This document shows positions 17,484-33,129 of a stretch of 64,000 nucleotides of DNA, one piece after another (positions within the stretch are counted from its first letter, which is position 1; each line of letters starts with the position of its first letter). The notes below the pieces were generated by a model. It was not told the DNA's origin. It did not search any database and worked only from the letters and a program-made list of their open reading frames with translations. The DNA is from the human T2T-CHM13v2.0 reference genome, Homo sapiens. The translations under genes were made by a program, and so were the position numbers. The stretch lies in the NCBI RefSeq assembly GCF_009914755.1, contig NC_060925.1; one strand, given 5' to 3'.

Positions 17484-19743
17484 TATGACCTAATAGCCTC
17501 AATGACCTCACATAGATATTATAGGAGAAATTGCTAGAAGCCAGAAGGAAAAGGTATCTGTGAATAATTTTTCCTCGCAACATCTTGCTGCTGTTAGAAT
17601 TTTAAAATATAGATTATAAAATCATTGATGATATTGTCTGTAACTCAGTGCAGCTATGTAGATAAGACAACCCTGTGCTCTTCTAGAGGATCCTTAGCTT
17701 TTGTAATTTATTGAAATAATATTCAAGCAAAGTTATTTCTTTTGCTCTCATTTTTAAATAGCCTTCTTATGAAAATAATGGTGCAGTCCACTTTCTTATT
17801 GTTTGTTCAGTTGATACAAGCCTGTTATTCTTCTCTTTCACCATTCCACAAATGTGCAATGCTTTCTTTCCTCTGGGCCTTTACACATGCTATGTCCATA
17901 TCCATTCATTGGTTCATTCATACTCAGGTATCAAGTGTGGAAAACAATCCATTTTTGCACATACAAGAGCTCAAAAAAATGTAACTCCCATGCATCCTGT
18001 CACAGAAAGCTTTTGGGGAATATGTAAAACAAGGAAGAGAAAGACAAGGCTTGGGAAATGGCTAGCTAAGGAACAGTAGCCAAGGGAAGGAAGTATCAGA
18101 ATGAAAACTGCTACAGCATGCAAAAGCCCAGAAGGGAGAGCTCTAGGGGAAAGAAAGAAAAAGGCTCTTGAAAAATAATATGGACAAACACATCCCAGAT
18201 GTGATGGAATAATTAGTCATGGAGAAAACTTTGAAAATAAAAAAAAACAAAACAGGCTGTTGATAAAGGAAAGTATAATTCTTACATACTGTTTGGCTCA
18301 GCAGTGAATAACACTTACATCATTATTGTAGTACAACTATTGATTATTTACTTTACCATAAATCATGATATGGCTTTATTGGGATAAGGGGACAGGGGAA
18401 CTGAGTGTGTGAGCAATGATGGTGTAAGGGCATTAAATGCAAAAAAAATCAATAGAGAAGATGTATATTTAATAAATCAAGAAATAACACACATATTGGA
18501 AAGTAATATAGAAAGAAATACTAGAAGAAATGGCTGTAAGAACTCAAAGTAGTTGCCTCAGTCAAGGGTGGGTAGGGAATAGGGGATGTTCAAACAGAAC
18601 TGTGTTATTTTTCTACAAAAGTCTTTTAGGCTTTAAAAATATTTTTGTTTTTCTTTTACAAGCACATTTATTTCTTTGATTAAAAATGAATTGATATGTA
18701 TGTATAAAGCAACTACCAGTACCTGGAAAAGTGCTTAACTCTGACCATGATATAAGAAAAGTGACAAAACATGATTCTGCTACTCCAGGACTATAAGTCA
18801 CTTTGGATTATATAAGCTACAATGCTTATGTAAGAAACAATTAAAGAAAAAGTTGTGATCAAATCCGACAAGAACCCAAAGAAGTTTTGTATTCCAATTA
18901 TATGAACTTTAGTGTTTAAAAAATGTATAAAACAAAAAGTCTTATTAAATTTATAATTTTTTTCCCTTACTCAAAGGATGATAATAAAAATGAATTACTC
19001 TGTTTCAGCTCCTCCTTAAGGTTCTACAAATTTGGTCCCATTGAAGTCTCTCTGAAAGAGGAGTCTACTGAACAGCTAATCTCTACATTGCTACTGTAAT
19101 GGCTGCCTTTGTAGTCTTCAGTCTTGGCTCTGTTTTTGTTTTTGTTTTTTGTGTTTTTTTGAGTTATTAAGTGCTTACTTAATACCAGGCACTTTTGTTT
19201 TTAGGAGAGGAGCATTGAGTTCATGTTCCCTTTTGCCCAATGACTCTCTGAAAAGATGCTGCAGAGATGGCTAAAGAAGAACAGACAAATAAGGAAATCA
19301 AAACAAAAGAGTCAGAGGAATGAAGGGCGAAAATGTTGAAGAATACAAATATTGTGTTTGTCAGGACTTTGGGGAGAGTTTCATAAATGTATTTCTTGCC
19401 ATCGTTGCATATTTTACTTGGACATCCTGTCACTTCCTCTGTCCCCTCTATAACAGAAATATTTGTTAGAAAGGTTAAAATCACTAAAAAAGTTGTTTAT
19501 GTGGCATGTTTCTTAGTAAGAGGTCTTCTATTCCTCTGAAAAATGTTAAATTACAGTGGTCAACTAAGCCTATAGAAGGATTAAGCAGACACAGGTTAGA
19601 AGGCATCAAATATACTTAAAATTTTTTTAGATAGAAAATCTCTGGAGGAAAGATGTATCTCAGAGATCAACCCTTATGTATATGCTAAAAGTTTTTCCCC
19701 AGCATTAACAATACCAACAGTCTGAAAGCCTGAGCACTATATA

Positions 19744-19823
19744 TTAGGTTGGTACAAAAGTAATTGCAGTTTTTGCTATTACTTTTAATGGCAAAACCCA
19801 TAATTACTTTTGCAGCAACCTAA
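19744..19823. mobile_element. MADE1 (Hsmar1-derived 80-bp palindromic MITE; miR-548-type hairpin)
   Basis: ttaggttggtacaaaagtaattgc...taattacttttgcagcaacctaa, 80 bp, TA on the left, CA (mutated TA) on the right. Confidence 0.93.
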
Positions 19824-20391
19824 CAGCTTTTTAGACAAGTGGATTGGAAAGGTAATATACACATATGAAATACATTTTGGAAATAGAAGGCAAATATACA
19901 GAATAAAGCAACCAGCTCTTGTAATCACAATGCTTACAGTAGATTACAGTTAACTTTTTAAGTGATACATGTATTAAGTAAATATATATCATATATATGA
20001 GAAAAAGAAGTGTGATATTGTGTATATATGATCTGCTCCCATGCTTTTCTTCCACTGACATTCTGATCTACTTTTTTTGTGCTGGACCAACTTGTCAAGA
20101 ATTTGGGGTATTTAATCCAGGCATGACGGAACAAGGCAAAGCTTTAAAGAAATCCAGTTGTCTTTTACATCTAGACTTGAAAACCTGTGGTATTTAGTCT
20201 CCACAAGAGTTGGAAATCAAGTTGGAGACAAATTATTCTGTGACTATTCATTTAGTTAAAGCAGATAACATATGAAAAAATTAAAAAGTTAGGTATTATC
20301 TATTTAGGTATGACCCTATCCTGGAAGGATTTATGGCCAATAAATATTAGATAGTAGATATTGTAACAGAGGGCTAAACATTTTCATAAAA

Positions 20392-20825
20392 AGTTTTTAA
20401 AAATTCATTATGATAAATATACATGTGAAGTTTACCATTTCTACCATCTTAATGTACAGTTCTGTGACATTAAGTGCGTTCACTTGGTTGTGCAACCATC
20501 CCCACCATCCATCTCCAGAACTTTTTCATATTCCTCAACTGAAACTCTGTACTTATTAAACAATAACTCCCTATTCCCTCACCCCCTTTCCCCTGTTGAC
20601 CACCATTCTACTTTCTGTCTCCCTAAATTTGACTACTCTATGTACCTTATATAAGTGAAATCATACAATATTTGTCTTTTTGTGACTAGCTTGTTTCATT
20701 TAGCACAATTCTTCAAGATTCATCCATGTTTTAGTATGTGTCAGAATTTCCTTCCTTTTTAAGGCTGAATAATATTGCATATTGTGTGTAGACTGCATTT
20801 TGTTTATCCATTCATTTGTTGAATT
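20392..20825 (-). mobile_element. L1MB-type 3' end
   Basis: tacagttctgtgacattaagtgcgttcac..ttgtgcaaccatc..catctccagaactttttcat..aactgaaactctgtac. Confidence 0.85.
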
Positions 20826-20949
20826 ATAAAATTTTAAATGTAATAGTCACTCATGTGTTGAAACTTTCTCTTCCCTCGACTCTGTGACAGAGTCGGCTGG
20901 GTGATGACCAAATTTGTGATCCCCTCCACGGTGTAGAGTTGTTGGACAG

Positions 20950-21290
20950 CAGTGCCCAGACAGGGACTAACTTTCTGACTCCCTCGTATGTCTAGGTGGG
21001 TTTCATGACAAGCAGCTGCCCATGGAATGTGAGAGGAAGTGTGTGCATTGTATCTGAGTATGCATGATACTCTAAACATCTGCTGACAGGGTGGTACCTG
21101 GACAACTTTGAAACCATGAGATGGCAGAGCCACAAGGTGGAAGGAGTCTGGGTCTATGAGTCATCACTTTGAGGGGAGCCTCTCAAGAAGCCCTTCCTAC
21201 TAGGAATTACATTGGATTTTGTATAAGTGAGAATTTTATATGTTAAGCCATTGAGATTTGGGAGCGATTAATCAATCCTGTCTAATGCAA
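20950..21290 (+). mobile_element. MLT1 (MaLR) LTR fragment
   Basis: gatggcagagccacaaggtggaaggagtctgggtc ... tgttaagccattgagatttggg. Confidence 0.7.
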
Positions 21291-21422
21291 CTTTCAAGTC
21301 CATCTGTTTCAAGTTTCTTCTATTTTCCAATTCTTCTTTCTCAGTGTCCATTGCTGACTTTGCTTTCCTCTGCCTTATCTCCTGCTTTATAGTCACTGGG
21401 CCATATAGATCATACTTTTTAA

Positions 21423-21767
<345 letters not shown>

Positions 21768-23507
21768 AAATGTTCTTTATGCTTTAATTCAAGCAAAGGC
21801 AGACCAAGGGGTAAGGTCGTGCCAGCTAGGAGCTTGGGATGCTAATCTATAAGTGGTGCTTACAGACCATTGTACCTCTTGTATATACCAATAGCCTTCA
21901 AAGGAGGATACTGCATTGATTGAAAGAAGTACACTGAAAAGCCTTTGGGTGAGGGCTGAAACCTTCATGGGGCCTGCTTCAGTTGCAGCCAACAGTTACT
22001 AAACTGCATTAGGAAGCAAATGGGTTCTGGATAATGTAGAGCTCTGATTTTGTGTGTGGGGACTAGCAACCAGCTCCTTCTATGAACAAATGTTGAGCAA
22101 ATATTTTAAAAACATCAGTTTGCAGGAAAGAGGAATAATCAGCCTACTCAAGTTCCCTGCATAATCTTAGTTCAGGCTACCAACTTTTCTTGCTATGTTT
22201 TGGGCTATTTCATTTCACTCCAAATTGTCTTTCTCCCCTTCATCCTCCTCACTGCTGCCCGAGTGATCTTTCTAAAGCACAACTCTGATCATGTTATCTC
22301 TTCCATTAAAACTCTGAGGCTTCTCTTTGCTGAGGGTGGATATTCTTAGAATCGATCTGTCTGACCAGCCACTGGGAAGCAAGTAGGTGAGAAAAACCAT
22401 TTAAATAGAGCAGGTTATAATGCCTTCATCCCAAATTATAAGCTTATGCCAGAGAATGAAAATAATGTGGAAGATGTGAATCTTATATGTCTGGCTGTTT
22501 CTCACCTCCAAATCTTTGCTCAGATTGTCCTTTCTTCCAAAATTCCAGGAGAATATTTACTCACCTTGCAAGTCTCAGCTCAAGGGTTATCCCTTCTATG
22601 AAATCTTTCCTGACAAGTTTCCTACTCCTCATTATCTGTTTCTTTTTGTTTTTTCTTCCTCTCCAAATCTAGAAAGTGGTTGAGAGGCAGAAAAGTTTAC
22701 GGTTTTCTAGCATTTAACAAAGGCTCCATGACCGTGTGAGAATGGTTTTTATAGCACTATCATTTTGAAGGAAGGTGTATATGCCTGTTACACTGAAAGT
22801 GTTTGGCAGCTTCACAGTGCTTCATGTCTAATGCATATGGAGATCATTGGCAATTGCTTCCTACTGGACTCCAAGACTGCAGTATGTGTATAGAGATGGG
22901 AAACAGGCCCATCCTGTGGGCTAAACTCAAGAGTTTAAATATCTCCTTTGAGCAGAGGAAGGCTCATTTATCGTTTCCTCTTCCTGAATTCCCTTGTTCA
23001 TTTGGGTGCTATCAATCATCCTTTTGTTAGGAAAAAGAAATTAAATGTCTTACAGTGAGTTTACTTTGTAACTGGAGTGATCTTAGAAGAAGAATAAACC
23101 AAGTTGTTCTTGTCTTGGAAATCTCTTTGCCATTCAAAATTTTTGGTCCGCACACTTGACGTGCACCATTATCTGCTGCCACTGCTATTGTTTAATTGAC
23201 AGCCTTCAGTTGTCAGGCCCTTTTGATTGAAGGTGAATGCAATTTATAACATATTTTTTTTTGTTATTTTCTTTTTTTAAATTTTTATTTTATTTTATTA
23301 TTATTATACTTTAAGTTTTAGGGTACATGTGCACAATGTGCAGGTTAGTTACATATGTATACAAGTGCCATGATGGTCTGCTGCACCCATTGACTCATCA
23401 TTTAGCATTAGGTATATCTCCTAATGCTATCCCTCCCCCCTCCCCCCACCCCACAACAGTCCCCAGAGTGTGATGTTCCCCTTCCTGTGTCCATGTGTTC
23501 TCATTGT

Positions 23508-27333
<3,826 letters not shown>

Positions 27334-27396
27334 TATGATGTTAGCTGGTTATTTTGCTCATTAGTTGATGCAGTTTCTTCCTAGCCTTGATGGTCT

Positions 27397-28414
27397 TTAC
27401 AATTTGGCATGATTTTGCAGTGGCTGGTACCAGTTGTTCCTTTCCATGTTTAGCGCTTCCTTCAGAAGCTCTTTTAGGGCAGGCCTGGTGGTGACAAAAT
27501 CTCTCAGCATTTGCTTGTCTGTAAAGGATTTTATTTCTCCTTCACTTATGAAGCTTAGTTTGGCTGGAAATGAAATTCTGGGTTGAAAATTCTTTTCTTT
27601 AAGAATGTTGAATATTGGCCCCCACTCTCTTCTGGCTTGCAGGGTTTTTGCTGAGAGATCTGCTGTTAGTCTGACGGGCTTCCCTTTGTGGGTAACCCGA
27701 CCTTTCTCTCTGGCTGCCCTTAACATTTTTTCCTTCATTTCAACTTTGGTGAATCTGACAATTATGTGTCTTGGAGTTGCTTTTCTCGAGGAGTATCTTT
27801 GTGGCGTTCTCTGTATTTCCTGAATCTGAATGTTGGCCTGCCTTGCTAGACTGGGGAAGTTCTCCTGGATAATATCCTGCAGAGTGTTTTCCAACTTGGT
27901 TCCATTCTCCCCGTCACTTTCAGGTACACCAATCAGACGTAGATTTGGTCTTTTCACACAGTCCCATATTTCTTGGAGGCTTTGTTCATTTCTTTTTATT
28001 CTTTTTTCTCTAAACTTCCCTTCTCACTTCATTTCATTCATTTCATCTTCCATCACTGATACCCTTTCTTCCAGTTGATCGCATCGGCTCCTGAGGCTTC
28101 TGCATTCTTCACGTAGTTCTCGAGCCTTGGCTTTCAGCTCCATCAGCTCCTTTAAGCACTTCTCTGTATTGGTTATTCTAGTTATACATTCGTCTAAATT
28201 TTTTTCAAAGTTTTCAACTTCTTTGCCTTTGGTTTGAATTTCCTCCTGTAGCTCGGAGTAGTTTGATCGTCTGAAGACTTCTTCTCTCAACTCATCAAAG
28301 TCATTCTCCATCCAGCTTTGTTCCGTTGCTGGTGAGGAACTGCGTTCCTTTGGAGGAGGAGAGCCACTCTGCTTTTTAGAGTTTCCAGTTTTTCTGCTCT
28401 GTTTTTTTCCCTGT
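27397..28414 (-). pseudogene. L1 ORF1p, disrupted
   Basis: MENDFDELREE..., KRPNLRLIGVPESD...QNHAKL; internal stop near 28024; start codon mutated. Confidence 0.93.
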
Positions 28415-28845
28415 CTTTGTGGTTTTATCTACTTTTGGTCTTTGATGATGGTGATGTACAGATGGGTTTTTGGTGTGGATGTCCTTTCTGTTTGTTAGTT
28501 TTCCTTCTAACAGACAGCACCCTCAGCTGCAGGTCTGTTGGAGTTTGCTAGAGGACCACTCCAGACCCTGTTTGCATGGGTAACAGCAGTGGTGGCTGCA
28601 GAACTGCGGATTTTCATGAACCACGAATGCTGCTGTCTGATAGTTCCTCTGGAAGTTTTGTCTCAGAGGAGTACCTGGCCATGTGAGGTGTCAGTCTGTC
28701 CTTACTGGGGGTGCCTCCCAGTTAGGCTTCTCTGGGGTCAGGGGTCAGGGACCCACTTCAGGAGGCAGTCTGCCCGTTCTCAGATCTCCAGCTGCGTGCT
28801 GGGAGAACCACTGCTCTCTTCAAAGCTCAGATGGAAATGCGGAAG

Positions 28846-28885
28846 TCACCCGTCTTCTGCGTCGCTCACCCGTCTTCTGCGTCGC
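28846..28885. repeat. Perfect 20-bp tandem duplication in the L1 5' end
   Basis: TCACCCGTCTTCTGCGTCGC x2. Confidence 0.95.
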
Positions 28886-31023
28886 TCACGCTGGGAGCCG
28901 TAGACCAGAGCTGTTCCTATTTGGCCATCTTGGCTCTATAACATAATTTTGAGATGCCGAAGTTTAATTCCACTAAACTTTCATTATAACACTATGGTCT
29001 TATTGAGGATTTATAACCAAAACAAGATAGCTATGAATAAAACCTTTCTGCGCTCTTTATTCACTTTAGGTCCCGCTACTAGCTCTGGTCTTCTAGCCGT
29101 ACTCCCTGGTTATCAAATAAACACCTGTGCAGATGACACTTAGCTTTGGTCCTGTGGCTCACTAATGAACAGAAATGTTGACTCCCCTGCCTGAGGTTTT
29201 TCTTTTTTGGAGGTGGGGACAAGAATTGGTCAGACGCTGAGATAGCATTGCCAGATGATTATTTATTTCTGCAGAGAAGTCCCCTAAACATAAATTCTTA
29301 CATTGCTAAAATTTTCTTCACATCCTTCCCTACCAAAAGCAAATTTATTCACTCTTCACTAAAGGGATGGTAAATTCTGCAGCCCCATCCTCCACCCTCT
29401 GCCCCCCGTTCCATGGAAGACAGCACTAATAGATTGCAGCATTGTTTTCCTCTGAGCCTTGGAATCCTCAACACAGAACACCCCGTAGTAACTATGAATA
29501 GACTGTAGTTGACAACCAAGTTAAAACCTTTGCAATATCCATGAGCCCCTATATGCCAAACACTGATTATACGAAGGTGAATAATACACAATCTTTGCAT
29601 TCAAGGCCACTGCATGCTAGTAGGTAAAAGAAAGAGTCCCTCATCTCCCTCCTTACCCCTACTGCACTTTCTGTTCTTGAGGAATCCATTAACCAAATAA
29701 TTTCTACTTTTATGGTTAAAAGTTTAAAAAAAAGGGCTCAGACTGCTTTTATTCTCAAGTCTTAGCTTCTGCAGAAAGGTCTAAGGTTGAAATATTTTAT
29801 TTAATTATAAAATCTAATAATTTGTGTTGGTTTTTCTTCTACTTCTGCTTTCATTAATTCTGGCCTATAAATAGCACAGCTTCATGTTTCAGTAGCAACA
29901 GATTTTAATTTCCTCTTGTGGCTAGTAAACAACCCACCTACTTCAATGGGACTTTTTTTCCCCCACTGACCAGGTAGCCAAAAAATTTCCTTCCTCAAAA
30001 TCCTCAGCTAGTAAATGGTGTAATTTGGAGCTGACAGCTGATGAGTGAAAGGGGAATTGCCCACTTTGTCCTGCAGCTTAGGAGTAAGTGGCCTCAGCCC
30101 TGAGACTTCATAGGCCTGGGAAGGACCTTTAGCTTCTTCTGCACAAATCTCCTCCTCTCTCTTCCCACAGTTGCCTTGAGGAGGTGACTGTGTCTCTCAG
30201 TCACCAATTAGAGATGAAGATTCAAAAGCAAGTGTACCCCAGAACAAAGCCTTTTGTTTTTACCCTGAGGTGTAAATGGTTAAAAAAATATATGCTTCTG
30301 GAGCAAAGAGGAAGCTGGAGAAAGCTGGCCAGCAAGGGGAAGGGGAAATGGGACTTTCCCAGCAAGAAGAATCTGAAACATGGGATGAGGGGCACACGGA
30401 GGATCTACAGTGGCTTCCTCACAATTTTAACTAAGTCTTGCCTTTCGCTGACACTGAGTGAAAGTACTTGACTGATGTCTTGGGTTATCTTTAAAGCAAG
30501 GGGACCACTGAGACTCTTCTGATCATCTTGTCTCCATTGCACATGGATTGATTGCTCTTCCCTGCTGAGAAAGGCACAGGTTCCTGGATGCTCTTGATAA
30601 ACCCAGTGAACAGAGCCCAGGGCCTAGAAGATTGAGCTGGTTCCAATCTTGCTGAGAAAGGCTGTTCCTTCATTTCAGCATCTGGCTTCATTTTGTGCTT
30701 TCTTAGAAATCTCCATGTGAGGAAGAAAAAGTTATCTGCATACATTTCTTCTGAAATAGATCATTGTATGGGATGGCTGATGGTACATGGGCTTTCTGTG
30801 CCATGCTTAGTGACCACTGGCTAAGGACTTGGAACCAGATGCCTCATTACTGTTTAAGACTCTGCAGTTTCTCTCAGGTTCTGAGGTGCAATGAAAGCTG
30901 ACTGCTTCTCTAATTACTTCCTTACACCCTACACTCCTCCTTAAGGACTAAGGGGCCATTTCCTTTGCTAGCTTTAACTCTTTTCAGTGTGTTTACTCAT
31001 TATTTGGTTAGAATATTTACTAT

Positions 31024-31080
31024 ATATATTTCACTTAGTGAATATAGTATATTACATATATTTCACTTAGTGAATATAGT
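31024..31080. repeat. Tandem duplication (25 bp identical, period 32)
   Basis: ATATATTTCACTTAGTGAATATAGT at 31024 and 31056. Confidence 0.9.
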
Positions 31081-31299
31081 GTATTTTAGTATCAGTGTCA
31101 GGAATATATGAGTTCAACACTAGATCTAATTTTCAAACTGGGCACTCCTGGTGAAGTTCTGTGGTCTCTACGAACCACAGCATCATTATCTTTAAACTGG
31201 AAATATTAATACCTAACTTTTCACGTGGTGAAAAATAATGGGAAAATATACGTATTCAATATATGTATATGATAGTTTTATTATATTAAAGTGTTCTTT

Positions 31300-31803
31300 A
31301 TTTGTCATTATACTTTAAGTTCTGGAATACATGTGCAGAATGTGCAGGTTTGTTACATAGGTATACATGTGCCATGGTGGTTTGCTGCATCCATCAACCA
31401 GTAATCTACATTAGGTATTTCTCCTAATGCTATCCCTCCCCTAGCCCCCTAGTCCCCAACAGGCCCCAGTGTGTGATGTTCCCCTCCTTGTGTCCATGTG
31501 TTCTCATTGTTCAACTCCCACTTATGAGTGAGAACGTGTGGTGATTGTTTTTCTGTTCCTGTGTTAGTTTGCTGAGAATGATGGTTTCCAGCTTCATCCA
31601 TGTCGCTGCAAAGGACATGAACTCATCCTTTTTTATGGTTGCATAGTATTCCATGGTGTATATGTGCCACATTTTCTTTATCTAGTCTATCATTGATGGA
31701 CATTTAGGTTGGTTCCAAGTCTTTGCTATTGTGAATAGTACTGCACAACTACATGGAAACTGAACAACCTGCTCCTGAATGACTACTGAGCAAATAATGA
31801 AAT
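31300..31803 (-). mobile_element. 5'-truncated, 5'-inverted L1PA (PA7/8-like)
   Basis: Minus-strand 3' end 31300-31745, then plus-strand ORF2 piece caactacatggaaactgaacaacctgctcctgaatgactactg; candidate TSD TGTTCTTT at 31292 and 31804. Confidence 0.85.
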
Positions 31804-31824
31804 TGTTCTTTTCTAAAAAAACCC

Positions 31825-32325
31825 TTTTTAGAGCAGTGTTAAGTTCACAGCAAAATTGAGAGGAAGGTATAGAGATATCCTATATACCCCACATATGCAT
31901 AATCTTTCCCATTATCAATATCCGCTATCAAAGTAGCCCCTTTGTTACAATTGATGAACCTACATTGATACTTCATTATTACCCCAAATTCATAGTTTAC
32001 ATTAAGATTCACTCTTTCACTGCCCTGAAAGTTCTCTGTGTTCTGCTTGTTCATTATCCCTGCCCACTAACCCCCGGTAACTGCTGATCTTTTTCTTGTC
32101 TCCATAGTTGTGCCATTTCCAGAATGTCATACATTTAGAATCAGACAGTACATAGCCCTTTCAGACTGGCTTCTTTCACTTAGTAATATGCATTTAAGTT
32201 GCTTCCAGGTCTTTTCATGGCTTGATAACTCATTTATTTTTAGTGTTGAATAATATTTCATTGTCTAGATATACCACAGTTATCCATTCACCTACTAAAG
32301 GACATCTTTGTGTTGCAATTTTTAG
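31825..32325 (-). mobile_element. L1MC-type 3' end
   Basis: ttttagagcagtgttaagttcacagcaaaattgag..., ttgttacaattgatgaacctacattgatac, ttcagactggcttctttcacttagtaatatgc. Confidence 0.85.
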
Positions 32326-32636
32326 AGAAGTACAGCTAAACAGTGAGCAAATTGCTGATATAATGATAAGAACAACAATAATACTTTAAACACCTTTTAT
32401 CAAACACTTTTACATACATTTTCTTATTTGAGAGTTACCAGTCTGGTGAAATTGACACAGCAGGTATTTTTAAATATTTATTTCAAAAATTGGGAAATGA
32501 GAATCAGAGAACAAATTTATTAATCTCACTAATGGTCTATCAATTTTGTTTATCTTTTCAAAGAACCAGCTTTTTGTTTCATTTATCTTTTGTATTTTTT
32601 TGTTTCAATTTCATTTAGTTCTGCTCTGATCTTTTT

Positions 32637-33095
32637 CAAATATTTTTAAAAATTTTTTCCATAGGATATTGGGGTACAGGTGGTATTTGGTTACATGAGT
32701 AAGTTATTTAGTGGTGATTTGTGAGATTTTGGTGCACCCATCACAGAGCAGTATATACAGCACCTTATTTGTGGTCTTTCATCCCTCACCCCCCTCCCAC
32801 CCTTCCCGCCAAGTCCCCAAAGTCCATTGTATCATTCTTATGCCTTTGAATCCTCATAGCTTAGCTCCCACATATCAGTGAGAACATACGATGTTTGGTT
32901 TTCCATTCCTAAGTTACTTCACTTAGAATAGTAGTCTCCAATCTCTTCCAGGTCGCTGCGAATGCTGTTAATTCATTCCTTTTTATGGCTGAGTAGTATT
33001 TCATCATATATATGTGTGTATACATATATATGTATGTATACACATATATATGTGCATACATATACATATGTATGTATATATGTGTGTGTATATGT

Positions 33096-33129
<34 letters not shown>

